A stretch of DNA of 64,000 bases. Origin: Folioceros fuciformis. Lineage: Eukaryota. The stretch spans positions 561,779 through 625,778 of the forward strand of contig JBNGIO010006373.1 of NCBI GenBank assembly GCA_049999805.1. The letters run 5' to 3'. The position numbers and the translations under genes were made by a program. Shown one piece after another: positions 44,570 through 59,188 of the stretch. Under the pieces are notes generated by a model that had not been told where the DNA came from, searched no databases, and was given only the letters and a program-made list of their open reading frames with translations. Within the stretch, counting starts at the first letter, position 1. Each line of letters begins with the position of its first letter.

Positions 44570-46346
44570 TTAGAAAGAAAACTCAGACTCCGCTGCATCC
44601 TCTGGCTCATAATCCTTGATCTTCACTTCGGCATTCTCACCGAATTGGAGTGCATTGTCTGCGTGAGATAGAATGTACTGAATGCTGCAAAGACAAAATA
44701 CAGCCTTCAAAACTAATATCTTGGACACAGTTAGACCCATCTCATCAGCTGAGTGTCGGAAGTCCTCCTTAACTAAAGGAGGACCAGACACACCTGTCCT
44801 CCTTTCGGATATCGAGAGGCAGAAAGCTGACCATGCTGTAGTCATCCAACTGCACAGCAGCACGGGTGAGAGACCACCGGGAAATACTTCCAAAACCAGA
44901 AAGCACGAGTGTTTGCGCTAGCACACAGAGCAAAACACGAATTCTTCTTACAAGTTCGGCGAATGCCTTGTTGAGCTTTGCAAAACGAGGAGCCATCTGC
45001 TGATTCAAGTCAAGCAACAGCAGCTGTGCATCTGGATCCAAAAACCTGTTGTGGTGGCACAGCAGCACACATATGATCCTCCTTCTGCAAAAAGTTCTCG
45101 TATCACTTTCAAACATTGGCCCCAGAAACTCACTTTTCAACCTCCTTGCGGACAGGGAGTGGACAGATATCCATCTTCGACAGCACGTTGAGATGAGGAA
45201 GCTCCAACTGAATCATGGACGACAGTGATGCCATGCAACCACTGATGTACTTTGTGATATCTGCCATAAACTGAGCGTAAAACACATGTTACCCAAGTTC
45301 ATAACGAGGCTGACAAACGAGTTGAAAACATGCAACAGTGTCATGAAAAGCCGAAACTCTTCTTCCTCCAAACTCCAGAACTTTGTCCAAAACAGTCACC
45401 CAGGTGTACAGCTCGAGTACCTGGGAATCAAGCAGGTACACAGCGCATAAGTGGAAGTCCCAGATTTTAAGTTGGTCAACAAACGACCGCAGTACAGGGA
45501 TGTGTGAATACAGTTCGATCTGACCTGCAACAGACAAGTGACAAAAGTCGTGAGAAAGAGGCATATGCTTCACAGGTGAACCAAAGTAGAATTGGCCCCG
45601 CCATAGGATGACGCATGTAATAAACAACAAGTCATAGGAGGGAACAATCTGAAATCCCCTTACCAGGACAATCGAATATCAGGTAGTCATCATCAATGTA
45701 GTCCTCCAGCTCCTCAGCTAGCCAATCATTCATGTGCTCCTCTAGGTATCTTGGAATGTTAAGGGCCATTCATACCTTCCATTGTGCAGGTGTGGCAATC
45801 TTCTAAGACAAAAGACTCTGGTCCGAAACAATGCATAAAAGCATGGATTAAATTGCAAAGTACCCAAAACCACAAAGGATACTCCATGCAGTAAATGAGG
45901 CCACCATTAGGTCCAAGTTCGAGCTCCTGCATAGCATCCTCGAGAGAGATAAGCTCTCGGATATCTAGAAAATAAGAACCAGACATCAAATTGTAGCCAA
46001 ATAACATGCTGCTATCTCATACAGGTTCTTCGCTGCTGCTGACTCAGCTTCAATAGAATATAACACGCACCTATGGACACGGGATACTCAAAGTGCTCGG
46101 CAGCTGGATCCAGATTCACGACATGTACTGTGCGCCCAAGACTTTGGCAGTGATCATGCACCTGCTTGCAATAAGTGGACTGCACAAGATGCAACCATCA
46201 AACTCTCAGAGCTATCGGGACAGAAAACGTCAATATTGGCAGAAAGCGTTCACACAGGAGCTTCAAGCAAGAGGACTGGATGCGACTTTTATTCTCACCT
46301 TGCCACTTCCGGCGGGACCGATCACAATTTGACCGTAGCGAGGCAT
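44570..46346 (-). CDS. GPN3: GPN-loop GTPase 3, multi-exon
   Basis: [78 protein letters not shown]. Confidence 0.95.
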
Positions 46347-47103
46347 CTCGAACGCAGTCGCGAGTCGATCGATAGGTAGCTCTACACGTTGCAGCCCTAC
46401 TTCAAAAAAATGCTAGCGGGAGATGACAGGGACTGAGCCGTATTTGTGTCTGGATGGGGTTTCTGTACTCAAAAGCAGTAATCCCAAGTTCGCTATATTA
46501 AGATTAGAAGACTAGGCATACATATATACTATATTTAGTCTTGCCATAAAGATTAACCTTGACCGATCCTAATCCCTATATATGTTATTTTAAATTTTTA
46601 ATATGGATGTACATTAATCCTATAGATTTCCAACATGTGGTTGGGCCCAAAGCAAAGCCCCTTGTTTCTTAACAACTTTGGCCCCAAACCTTAGAAGAAA
46701 AGGTGCATTTTTCACGCAAAATGGCTTCCAGCCTCCAACCCAAGTGAAAAAAGTGGCACACATAAATCTTAGTTTTTGAGAAAAATAGATTTAGGAATCC
46801 AAAAAATTTGGCTTTAAGGCCCTAGATAAAACTTATTTGCCGAGGTCAGACCTCTCTTCTAGTTAGCACAAAGAATAGGGCAAGAATAATTTAGACGAGG
46901 CATCCATTGATCCATCGAGGACTTAACACAATGTGGTTCAATACAATGGACGTACTATAAAGAGACACTTCTGTATACCACCACATAGAAGGGGCTAGTA
47001 CCCTTTTGGCCTTTGGCCCTCTTCGGGTTTTTCCCCCAATTTTTGGAGTAGATGGGAATTTCCATCTTTTCTTTAATAATAGAAAATAATCTAATACCAT
47101 CAT

Positions 47104-47515
47104 TAACACACGCACAATGATGGCTAGTCTACATGTGGAGCTATCAGGAATGAAGGAACGAAGCCGCCTCCAGCCATAGCCGGACGAGACAGCAAGAACC
47201 AACCCAGAAGGTACCTAACGAGATTGCGTAACGAAACAGACACCCAGGCTGAAGACAACTTTTAGACGAACCCTAACTTTGTATCGCTGTTAAGACGAAT
47301 CGATAAGTAACCCTAGATTAACCAGCCGCTAGATAGGGGATAAATATCTTACTTAGGGAAAACTAACTTTAACGAACAATTAATGGCCCAACAACCCTGG
47401 TTGTTGGGCAACAACACCAACTTCTTGGCATGTCCCCATCTCATGTATAAATACCCGATCACGTAGCAATAAAAAACGTCCTATCTCCACTAAGCTAGCT
47501 CGTACGGTCCTAGCA
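47104..47515 (+). repeat. 5' LTR (412 bp)
   Basis: Aligns to the 3' LTR (~39 substitutions plus one 8-bp indel by manual count); TA(TG)...CA ends; TATAAATA and AATAAA inside. Confidence 0.93.
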
Positions 47516-47519
47516 TCTG

Positions 47520-47533
47520 TAGTATCAGAGCCA
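47520..47533 (+). promoter_or_regulatory. Primer-binding site, tRNA-iMet type
   Basis: TAGTATCAGAGCCA versus canonical TGGTATCAGAGCCA, just after the 5' LTR. Confidence 0.8.
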
Positions 47534-49402
47534 CTGTCCAACGATTCCCAGGCCCTAGACCCCGGATCTGGGATCGACGGACAGGATCGCTGAGGCTAGG
47601 CTTATCCGTACGACTGGAAGGAGGCTCCCACGATTCTGGAGCCCCAGGCACAGCGGAGGGGACCAATCCCGACCAAGATCAGGTCGCCAAGGGCTACCAG
47701 GCCCGCGCCCTGGTCGATTGTGTGTAGGGAGGCAGGCGCGACCATTGGCGTTGTCAGGCCAACCGTGCTAGACAGGATCAAAGACGCCAGCGGCTGGGGA
47801 AACCTGAGACAACCCACAACCGGACGGTTAGCGGCATCCTCAAAGAGGACAACACCTGCAATCCACGCGCAGATTAGCCAGCAGCATGAGCGATTACATC
47901 TTACCTTCGGAGGTTGACCGTCAAATCTCTAGTGGTAAAGAAGAAGAGCCCCCACTTGAGGGAATCGGGGACCGGGTGGTCCGCCGACGAGCGCGTCATC
48001 TCGCGCACAATTCCCTTGACGGACACCTCGCTCCCACCCAGGCGCGAGTCAAGGAGCCCACGGAGACAGAAGAGGCGAGGAGGTGACGCCGTGAACTCCT
48101 GCACCTTCTCCAAGCCTAGCTGGAGGCAGAGGTTCAGCCGGCGGAAGGAGCAGCCGAACCTAAGCCTGCAAGTCTGCCTGCCAAGTATTGCTCCGAACCT
48201 AGAATACGAAGGCAAGGGCGACCCCATAAACGGGGTGGAATCAGCCTGAGCGGGCCCCAACAACTTGCATCCACAGGAGGCCAAGACCCACCAGAGGAAG
48301 AGTTAGCCAAAGACTTAGCTCTGCGGCAGCTGGAAGGGAGGACCCATGGGGTGGAGCTGACCTGTGAGGAGTTGTGCAACTCCCTCTCCTACCAAAGCTA
48401 GCAACTTGAGAAGGTCGAGGAGTCCATCACGAAGCTCGAAGCCCAAGTGGGGGAGGGGCAGGTGTGATTGGGAAGGCAGCTGGAGGGTGTGCTCGAGATG
48501 CTGGAGCAGTCATCACTCCCGGGGCCTCTACCACCCTTACCCTGCCACAAGACATCCAGGCCCACAAAGTCAGCCGAGGGCACGCACCATTTAATCCCCT
48601 TGGCACCCCTGGGTTAGGCTTCAGAGGGTAGGAAGGAAGCAAGGGCCACGCCAACAATTCCTAGCAAACGTGACTTGAGCATAGTAGACGAGGAACTGAA
48701 AAAGACTGGTCGTGGAACTCTTACATGGCAAGAAAGACAACAAGGAGCTCAAGGCCATGGTCAGGCGCCTACAACTGATGAGGTATGAGCACTGGGAGAA
48801 CCAGCGAGGGAAATCCAACAGTGAAGCTCAAGAGTGTGAGGACTACCAGTTCAAACCCAGGCCCCAGCTGGACAAGGAGCTCCACCGAAAAATCAAGACA
48901 ACCACCTTTGATGGAGGAGCCAAGGATGCCCAGAGCGTCCACGACTGGTTAGACAAGATTGATAAGTATCTTGCTGCTTTTGACAAAGATGACGTGTAGA
49001 AGATCCAGTTCTGCGTCATGTCATTAGAGGGGTATGCTTACTAATGGTGGCACCAGCGGGAGAAGCAAGTCGACCTTGGCATGGAGTCCCCAATCTACTC
49101 TTGGCCAGCCTTCTGACAAATCTTCCTTGAACAGTTCCTGCCAGTGAACCACTGCAAGGACCTGTATCAGCAATTCAGGAAGATTTTCCAGCAAGGCACA
49201 ATCCAAGAGTATTGTGACGAGTTCTTACAACTTACACTTCACATGCTCAGGTTGGATGAGGAGCAGAAAATCAAGAAGTTCATAGATGGGTTGAAGTTCG
49301 AGATGAGGGCAGACATGAACCAAACAAACCCAACAACCCTGGTGGAGGCCATGAAGGCGGCCATCAACTATGGCACCAACAAGTACAAGCATCTCTCCTC
49401 GA

Positions 49403-52400
49403 CAAGACCCCCCCACCAGGAATGCAGACAGGATCCCCTTGGAAAAGACACAGTTCGGGGGGAGTCTGGAGGGTAGGACTGCATGGCAGAGGAATTGCTT
49501 GATATGCAAGGCGCACAGCTCACGGCATGGCTTCGTCTTCCTAGTGAGGCAGAAGACATGACGATGCAGGAGGGTGACCCGCATAAACGATAGGACCATA
49601 TTGCAATGGCCAAAGCAAGGAAGGCGTTGCACAGAATCGTGCAGCGCTTGGCCATGGATATAACCTCTCTGGATGGAAAAAAGAGCAAAGTACTGGATGG
49701 GCCAAAAGGTGAGGTTGGGATACTTGGGAGCACCATCCTTGGTGAGGTGAATGATTCATGGGTAGTGGGAGGCCGCCTTAGGACTGTAGCGGTAGCAGGA
49801 TCCAGGGAGGAAGAAACCGATGCAGCCAAGGAGCAGGAAACCGATGTAGCGGGTTTGGAAAACTCCTTGCTCGAATGTGTCAGCCCCATCATCAGAGAGA
49901 ATGTGGCTTTTGCATCCGAGGACTATCTGTTCACCTCTCCCTGTGTTGACCACAGAGAGGATAACAATACAGACTGGCATGAGGTGCAAGCCGTATTTTC
50001 TGGGGATGAAGAATGTACCTCGCCGCTAACCTCCGAAGAGAGGTGTTTGGTCCAGGTCAAGAAGGCGCCGCAAGTGCTTCCTCATTCGGGGCAGGAGGAA
50101 ACAAGCTTGCTTAGTGGACAGAAGTCTAGGAAATCAGTTGGTGCAGCAAGGAGGAAAAGTAGGCAATATTTAGTCAATCTTAGGGCTACGAGGAAGGTTC
50201 AAGACATCTGCTCTTACTTGGTCATGATAGGAGGTGGGGGGGAGCCGCAGCCTCTGATAATTCTAGTCCATCAGTTACACTCAGGGCAGGAGCGGATTTT
50301 TGCAACCTTGGCATCCGGAGGGGTTCTTGCGAGCAAAAACAACAAGGAGGTGGAATTCTTCAGCGGGGTCTACTAGGTGGAGGGTCAGTACTTTGCTGAC
50401 ATTCATTTCAACTAGGACTATGGACCAGCCATGCCGCTTATCCCATAATGGAGGTGGACCTTGGATGTTCCTTAGGCAAAGGACAGGATAAGGGCAGTAG
50501 AGACGGCTGCGGGCGGAATTGTAAAATTCCCAAGAGTTTATGACAGGTTAAGTATGCCTGCCACCCACAAGTCTGAGAGACTTCAGAGAGAATGTCCCTC
50601 GAGCCAAAATCTAATGATCAGATGGTGCAGTCCACGTACAGATCCGGGGCTAGGATGGTCAAGCCTTCTACCATCCGGAATCTCTCAAGCATACCCCGAT
50701 AAATGGGTATTGACATGCTGAAATGAGAGGGGGACCCACCTGCGGGTTATTTCCTGGAACATCAGAGGTTTGGGAGGATGGTCCAAGACTACTTCGAAGT
50801 GTAGACGGCTGAAGCATTTGTTAGACGAGGAGATCACTTGGGATGTTGTGTGCCTGCAGGAGCATAAGCTCTCAACGGAACATATCCAAAAAGTGAAGAG
50901 GATCTTCCTTCCATGTAGAACAGAATGGGTTGCAGCCCGAGTAGATAATGCAAGAGGAGGTGACTAGTCGGATCAGCATGTGTCAGTGACCCGCGGAGGG
51001 GTGTCAATCACAGTGCATCCAGAACAAGCTCACAACATCTTAGAAGCGGGGCAGGATGAGGATGGAAGATTTGTGTAGCTGGTGTTGCAAACTCTGTAAG
51101 GCCCTATTGGAATCTGTAATATTTATGCGCCCAACGCCACCGCTGAGAGGAGCAGCCTATGGGGTAGGCTGGGGGAGCAGTTGGATGATCAGATTCCGTG
51201 GATGCTCGTCGGTGACTTCAACTTTGTTGAAAGACGTGAAGACATTAGAGGGGATAACCCTTTAAATATCAGGGTGGTGCCTATGTCTTGGTAAGAGTTG
51301 AGAGATACGGTCTTGGCCGTGAAGGATCGTGGTTAGCACTACCAACACATCGACAGCCACAATCCTTGATGTTCAGTTGGTCCAACCAACAACACCAGAG
51401 TTTGGGAGCGCACAGGTTGGATAGGTTCTACATTCCCTTAGGGTGGTTGTCCTCTGTGCAGTCGTACAGTATCCTGGCTGGTACGATACTGTCTGACCAC
51501 CATCCTATCAGCTTGCACTTGAGGCTCGCTCCAGATTCTCGACGTCAAAGGAGGCATATGCAAAATTTTTGGATGAACTCTTCCTTGTTGAAGGAAAAAG
51601 GTGTTTTTGATGATGTTAAAAACATTTGGCAGGGAATCGCACAGGGGACAGAGCCTGTGGTGCACAAATTGATGTGTGTTAACAACGAAGCGACTAGGTA
51701 CTTGAGGAGGTGTGGGGTTCAACGAGCAAACGAGCAGCGCCAACATGAATGTTTTTTGAGGGAGGAATTAAGCTGGTTACAAAGGATGTGTGATGACCGG
51801 GACCTCTCAAAAGACGAAGAGGCTAGGAAAACTGAGGTGCAATGTGTTCTGGCCAAGCTAGAAGAGGACAGAGCCAGAGGTTGGTCTAAAAGGGCCAAGG
51901 CCAAGTGGGTGAGGGTAGGAAACGGCCCCTCTAAATTCTTCTTCGACAAGGTGGCGGCTAACCGGCATAGGACACGAATCCCTGCCCTCCTTGATGCGCA
52001 AGGTATGGTGCAGGACTCACTGAAAGGTTTGAAAGCCCTCATTACCATTTTCTTTGTGGGAATCTTCTCTAGTGTTGGCAAGATGGTAGGGTGGGAGCAG
52101 CTCTGGTCAGCTACCTATGGCTCTCTCTCAGCTAAGGTGTTTGATACACAGCGCAGGGCGCTGGATATGCCGATAACTACAGATGAGGTGTTTCAGGCCC
52201 TTAAGGGGATGCCGAGGAATAAATCCCCGGGCCATGATGGTATCCCTCATGAGTTCTTACTTTGGGGATGGGAGTTTATGGAACCTCTATTCATGGAGGC
52301 GGTGAGCATGATCTAGGAGGATGGTACCATGGGAAGTTGGTTTAACATGGGGGTCATCACCCTGCCTCCTAAGCAGGATGCCAATCTGTCTATCTCTAAC

Positions 52401-55305
52401 TGGCGCCCAATCACCTTACTCACAACTACATACAAGGTAATCGCCAAGGTACTGGCCAATCGCATCAAGCCTTTCCTTGATGACTAGATTGAGAAGGAGC
52501 AGCGAGGATTCATTCAAAATAGGTGCATCTTGGACAACCTCCTTCTCCTGCGGGAAGCTAAGTACAATGTTCAGGTATAGGAGAAAGCAGCCGTTTTCAT
52601 TTCCCTTGACTTTTACAAGGCTTATGATTCCATTGAGTAGCACTTCTTGTGGAGATGCTTGCGCAATTTTGGGTTCGGGAACAATTTCTGTAGATGGATA
52701 GCCATTTTGTGTGAGGATGCAAGTGCCAAGGTAGCTGTCTATGGGTCCTTTACAGAGCGCTTTGGCATTTACCGATCAATACGTCAGGGGTGCCCCTTAG
52801 CTCCATTGTTATTTATTATTGTCACTGACTTCTTCCTCTGAGCAGTAAAGTAAGACCCGACAGTAGAAGGTATTCGGAATCCCGATGGAACACAGCTCAG
52901 GGTATTTGCTTTTGCAGATGATACTCTCCTTTTTTCCTCAGCGAAGGAGGCCTCATTGAATGCTCTACTTAGGCAAGTTCAAGTTTTTGGGGAGCTATTG
53001 GGGTGCAAAGTTAACTAGAGCAAGACTCGCATGATGTGTCTGCATTTGGAAGGGGAGCTTCCTCATTGCATTGGCCACATTAGGCGGGTGTCTTTGGGAT
53101 CCTCCCACAAGTATGTAGGGCTTCCATTCCAGGAGGAGGATGAAAATGGTTGGATATATGTGTGTCTCAAGTTCATTCGGAAGACGGAGAGCCTACAGTT
53201 GTTGGAGCTTAACCTAGCAAGAAGGTTGGTGGTGATTAACCATATCCTTACAACCTCTCTATGGTATTATTTGTTTTTGTGGTCCCCCTCCAAGACGGAG
53301 GTGAGACGGTTGCAACAGGTGCTGACTTCCTTCTTGTGGAAGCGTTCGGGGGATACCATGGCCGGGTGTACTAAAGTGGCTTGGCAACACATCATTCAGG
53401 AGCGCAGTCTGGGGGGTCTCGGGGTGGTGGACCTGGTTGCTAAGAGGAAAGTGTTGCATGCTCAATGGGTGGTCAGGGTGGCAAATTTGGCATACTATCC
53501 GTGGAAGAGTCTTCTAACGTAGCATCTGGATGGCACTCAAGCGGTACCTAGGGGAAGGCGGTTGATAAACAACATCCTTGCCGACAAGCCATTGCTTGAT
53601 ATCACAGAGTGCTCCCCACTCTTCAAGTCCATCTAGTGCAGTTACCTAGAGGTAAAACATTGCTTTATTCCTGGAAACTTTTCGCATGTTGATGATGTGC
53701 TTGGTATTCCTTTGCAAGGATTTGCGAGGCTATGGGCTCCGGAATTCAGGTCAAGGGTCTATAGGTCACAAATCTTCAGGTTGGCATGTCGAAAAGGGGT
53801 TTCCCTGCTTGGTCACTTATGGAACAGATCACAGTCCCGGTGGAAGGAGGTGGAGGAGGTCAAGAGGGAGTTTGGGTTGGTAACTCGGCACGTCAGATTC
53901 ATTTTTTCATGGTTGCGAGAGGGGTTAGAGGATCAGGTCAACAGGTCTTACAGCGTCCTCCTAGCCCGGGCGCAGAGGGGTGGTATGCGTACTCCATGGA
54001 CAGTAAGGGAGTTGACTCGAAGGAGGATGAACATGAGGATTCCCTAGAATTAGACAGGGCTATCTGGCTTTCAGGTACGGTGGACAAAGAACAGCTACGG
54101 ACTTTCAAGGTCATGTCGCCTGAAGGATTTTTAGAAGATCAGGGTCGGGATAATGGTAAAGGACAAAGAGGGGAGTTGCAGGCTATCACAATACTCTCTA
54201 AATCCATTCGAGCAAGGCGTTGGTACACTCAGGATGAACTCTCTAATGTGCCACTACCCTCGGACAAGTCTAGGTCCCGATGCTGGTTTCGATTGGCGGA
54301 AAATTGGGAACTGACCTTAAGACCAGACCTCTACAAATGGCCTAGGTGTCTAGGGTGCAAGGAGGCTAGTGTTCGTTCTTTCTTCAATTTCTCAACGACA
54401 GACATATTCCTCTAGATGGTGCGAGCGCAGAAAATCAAGCAACGACAACTAATGGCTCCAAGGTTGCAACTATTGGTACGGCGACAAAAGGAAGGTATCA
54501 AGCTTCTATGGAAGTCTGTAGGTATCCCTCCCAAGGTGAGGACTACGGTTTGGTGTTTTTTTCAGGCATGTCTACCTAATGCGGATCGATGGGATGGGCT
54601 GTTAGTTGCAATGGGAGAGGAGTTGTGTCAACTGTGCACTTCCGATGCCCCGAACAAAAGTCAGCACATCTTCTTTTGTTGCAGCTTCGCTCAAGAAGTC
54701 TGGCGGGAGGTGGGCAGTTGGCTGCGAAAGATCTTCCCTGGTGCTAATCTTAGGATCAAGTAACAATCAGCCTTATTTGGGCTAGATGCAGCCTCGGGGA
54801 AACCTCTACTTCAGACACAATGGTGGGGCTTATTGTGGTCTTCTTGCCTTTTTTGTCTTTGGGTTAATTGGTCTTCTGTGGTCTATGGAGGACGAGAGCC
54901 AACCTCTACTAAGACTTTACTATGGCGTATATGGGAGCACTTATTGATTTCAGCAGAAGCATTAAGGCAGTCCCGTTGGAAACAGTTCAAGCGGAAAGAG
55001 TGGAGGCAGGCGGGTTTTCTCGATTCGGGGAATTAGGAGCTTTGGAATCACTCGTGCCCCTGGAGTAGGTGAACCTGTCTGGTCTGTGGAAAATTGGAAG
55101 ATTAGTCTAAGTGGTCTTAGCAGATTGCAATTATCATGATGCAGGGGTACGCCTTCTGAGTGTTAAACTTTTGAGCTCGAAGTTGGCTTTCCCCTCTCTC
55201 ATGGTACTCTCACCCTGTACATACGCAAGCAGGGAGGTCCCCCTTTGTTTTGTCTGTGGAAGATCATTCCATCAATTTAATCAGAATCCTTTTCTCGAAA
55301 AAAAA
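49403..55305 (+). mobile_element. Degenerate L1-clade LINE nested in Gypsy gag
   Basis: APE domain LRVISWNIRGLG...DVVCLQEHK; RT KSPGHDGIP, NWRPITLL, RQGCPLAPLLF, FADDTL; C-terminal CQLC...HIFFCC; A8 tail; TSD core CATCTCTCCTC at 49390-49400 and 55306-55316. Confidence 0.92.
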
Positions 55306-57592
55306 CATCTCTCCTCAATAGCCCCTCCCAAGCCCTAGTGGAGCAAGTCTGCCAAGGCCACAGAGAAGAAGCCAACCTTCAGCATTCTCATGGAGGAAGA
55401 GAAGGAAGACTACAAGAAGGCTAGGAAATGCTTCACCTGCTCAGCATCCGGGCATGGCTCGAAATCTTGTCCTTTCAGGAAGGACTTTATAAGGTGGCTG
55501 AAGGAGACAGGCAAGTCCACCAGGAGCGGCACCTCCCCAGCCCCTGTCAAGAGCGGACACGCTATAACCATCATAGAGGTTAGTGAACCCACGCTAACTA
55601 CTGTCATCCTTGATCCTACATGTAAACCCGGATCAGTTGCTGCATGCCAGCTAGCTCACGTACCTATCAAGCTCGAGGAATCATTAGCGGGAGTCCGAGC
55701 CACAGGGTTGCTTGACTCTGGGGCAAGTCACCATTATGTGTCAAAGGCAGCTGTAGAAAGAGCTAGCCTGTTAGTCAAGGACACGGGTCAGGTCTCCACA
55801 GTGGTCACAGCCCTGGGCGAGAAGGAGACAAGTAGGGAGCAGTGAACGGAAGCAGAGCATATCTTCCAGGTGGGTTCAAGGAGGTTCTCAAGCTGACCGT
55901 GATGCCCTCGCTTTGCCATGACCTGATCGTAGGCAAGCCTTGGTTAGCTAGTCACTCGGATTAGCTAGAAGTAGACTGGAAGAACAACGTCGTCCACCTC
56001 CTGCAAGGCCACCCAACATACGTCATGCAGGGGGAGCAATACCTCCCTGACAAGCAATTGTTTGCTGTCTCTGCTCTAAGTAAAGCAACTGCCATGGGCA
56101 AATTCCTGTATATAGCAAAGCTCAAGAAGGTGCTTCCCTTAGAAGGCACTGCGAAGTCTAGGGCCGCAGAAGCAAAGGCTCACGAAGACTAGCTACCACA
56201 GTCTATGCAGGACCTGCTTTGGGAGAATCAGGACGTGTTTGCTGAACCCATGGAGCTCCCTCCTCGAAGACACGTGGACCATGTCATTGAGCTGCTCCCA
56301 TGCCACAAACCGGTAAGTATCCAACCCTATAGGACGTCAACAATGGAAAATGAAGAGATCAAGAAACATGTTGACGAGTTCCTACAAAAAGGTTTTGTAC
56401 AACCTTCTGTGTTGCCCTTTGGTGCTCCAGTCCTCTTAGTTGCCAAGCCAGATGGAGGATGACGCCTATGCATAGTTTATGGGTGGCTCAATTGAGCCAC
56501 AATGAGGAACGTCTATCAGATGCCAAGGATTGATGAGATCCTCGACTAGCTGCATGAAGCCAAGCTGTTCACCAAGATTGATCTCAGATCTAGTTTCCAC
56601 CAGATCCGAATTAGGTCAGGAGATGAACACAAGACAGCCTTTCGCAATCGACATGGGCATTTCGAATTCAGGGTAATGCCGTTTGGTCTTACCAATGCTC
56701 CAGCCACCTTCCAGTGTCTCATGCAGGAAGTGTTGCGGCCCTTGTTGGGACATGGCGTTGAGGTCTTCCTGGATGACATTCTCATCTACACCCCTGACCC
56801 TAAAACACATCTCTAGCTAGTTAGGAAGGTGCTGGACTTGTTACATGCCAACAAATTGTTAGCTAAGAGAAGCAAGTGCGTCTTCATGAGAGAGATGCGA
56901 ATACCTGGGCCATGTGATCAGTGCAAAGGGCATCCACGTTGATGCACGTAAGGTCAGCGCAGTTGTGGAGTGACTCTTACACCCAAGAACCACCAAGGGG
57001 CCACATTTCCCTTTATTGTCGTTGCGGTCTTGTGATTCGCTCCCAAGGGAGTGAACTAGTGTCAAGGTTAACTACACCCCCCTAATCTCACCTTCTCTCT
57101 CCGCCGATGCCTAGTGCTACAGCAATATGTAAGAATTCCCAGTCCCCTTGCAGCCTTCAAGGCAGAGGCGAGGCCTAGGGCTGGGTAGCCTCCTTGGCTC
57201 ACGGCCCTGCAACCTCACCTTAGCCAGCATGCAAGGAGGTCAACCATTGCGGATCCGGCCATCCGGATCTCGGTAGTCTAGGGATCCACCACATCCCCCT
57301 AATGGCAAAGGGGATCAAGCCCTTGGTTAGTCTCAAACCGGATCAGCCACTTTAATCCGGTAGCCTGCACACAAGGTCAAGGGGAATCACACCGTAAGAC
57401 TACCCCCTCCTCAATGGTAGGTCTGGCCTTTTATACTACCTTGGCCCACACCTCTATCTCTGTCTACTAGGGTTAGCCTCAGTCCACCGCCCAACAGCCC
57501 AACAGTTTCTCTAACCGAAGCCTCCCCTAACTTTGACCTAACCTAACTCTAACCTAAATCTAACTCTATCCTAATCCTGACCTTAATTCTGA

Positions 57593-57694
57593 CCTAACCT
57601 AACCCTGATTCCGACCTAACCTAACCCCGATTCCGACCTAACCTAACCCCGATTCCGACCTAACCTAACCCCGATTCCGACCTAACCTAACCCC
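57593..57694. repeat. 22-bp minisatellite (CCTAACCTAACCCCGATTCCGA), ~4.5 copies, with degenerate CCTAA copies from ~57527
   Basis: Read directly from the sequence. Confidence 0.9.
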
Positions 57695-57797
57695 AACCTA
57701 AGAGGGGTTGTGTCCCTTGACACCACTGGGTACCCTTACCAGAATTGACCAACCTCTCAAGACTACCAAAATCGTTAGTGCCTCTCGACACTCCTTG

Positions 57798-57891
57798 CCT
57801 CTCTCCGATCCTCTCCTTTCCCTTAGATCATATGCAATCCTTAGCCTCTCTCCGATCCTCTCCTTTCCCTTAGATCATATGCAATCCTTAG
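57798..57891. repeat. Exact 47-bp tandem duplication
   Basis: CCTCTCTCCGATCCTCTCCTTTCCCTTAGATCATATGCAATCCTTAG x2. Confidence 0.9.
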
Positions 57892-58170
57892 AGACTCCAC
57901 CTTCCTCCAGTTGTCTACTCCCCATCTTGCTGGCCAAGGAGCCCATAACCCGGCATAGCTACCCTTCTAGACCCGTGACGAGGTAACCTGGTAAACATGG
58001 CACCTGAGGTGGCATTCCCTCAATCCCTTGTTCCCATAATCATCATCAAGTAGTTCGCAGGTTCCTCAACCTGTCTCAGCTCTGTTTGCACCCATTCTCA
58101 TGGAGGGCTGCACCCCCGACCATTGTCTAGGCCCCCGTGGCCTTCTTGCCCAGAGCCAAACACAAGCTGC

Positions 58171-58256
58171 TTTCCATCCACCTTGTAACCATCGTCTGGT
58201 AGCAGATGAGGCATTTCCATCCACCTTGTAACCATCGTCTGGTAGCAGATGAGGCA
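58171..58256. repeat. Exact 43-bp tandem duplication
   Basis: TTTCCATCCACCTTGTAACCATCGTCTGGTAGCAGATGAGGCA x2. Confidence 0.9.
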
Positions 58257-59188
58257 CACTCCCTCCACTGACTTCCCTTGTCTTCGCTTCTAGTCCCGAC
58301 AGAAATGTTTCGGTGAGAACTTCTTATTCAGCGATGGAGACTGCCCACTTGACCTTTGCAATTGCAACCCTTATTGCTATGCCCTCGATCCCATGAGCCT
58401 TTGCAAACCGCCGCTACAAGGGGCTCATCATTGAAATCAGAGCGCATATGCATGCCTGAAGGGACAGCCATCCCGTTCCCATCTTTTCCAACTATGGGCT
58501 CCCAAAAACCAGCTCTACCAATGCCATCACTGTAAGAAAACCCATCATGGTATAACCTAGTTCCTACACAGTTTCTCCCATTGGGCCCAGTCCTGTAGGT
58601 TGGGGTTTCCTTGCCAACCAAACCAAGCAGCTCCGACAGGTCTCCCAGCACCTGTGATCGCCTGGACAAAGAGCTAGCCATAACCACCCCATTCAAGAGG
58701 AATACGCACCGACGTCAAAACCCTATGGTTCTTCTCACTATTTGATTCCATAGGCAGAGCAACATGGGAATCTCTAGCCCCTGCCACCTCGAGGTAGTGA
58801 CCTGCAACCTGTCTGTCCCCATCAATATGAGAGTCGTCTTTTGCAATGTGAAGGCGCGAGGGCAGCATGGACGTGTCATGCAAGTTGCCCTTCTCCTTCT
58901 GCTTCGCTAGCCAACCCCTTGCCAGCCTGCCCCCTTGGATCTGGCCAGGTAGCCAACCCGCAGGGTTGCCTGCTGCAACCCCTAGCCAGTCTACCTGATC
59001 TCTAGCAGCCGGGCCTAGCCTGGATCTTGCTCTGGCTGGCCGCCTGCTAATCCAGGCTTCTCAGCTACCGGCCTCCCTGGTCGGCCACCTCCAGCCAGGC
59101 TGCCTACTTGGCTTGGCTGCTCCCTAGCTTGCACGCAGCCCGCAAGCCTGGCTGCCTAGCACCTGCATCCAGCCGTGACCAGCCGGCT

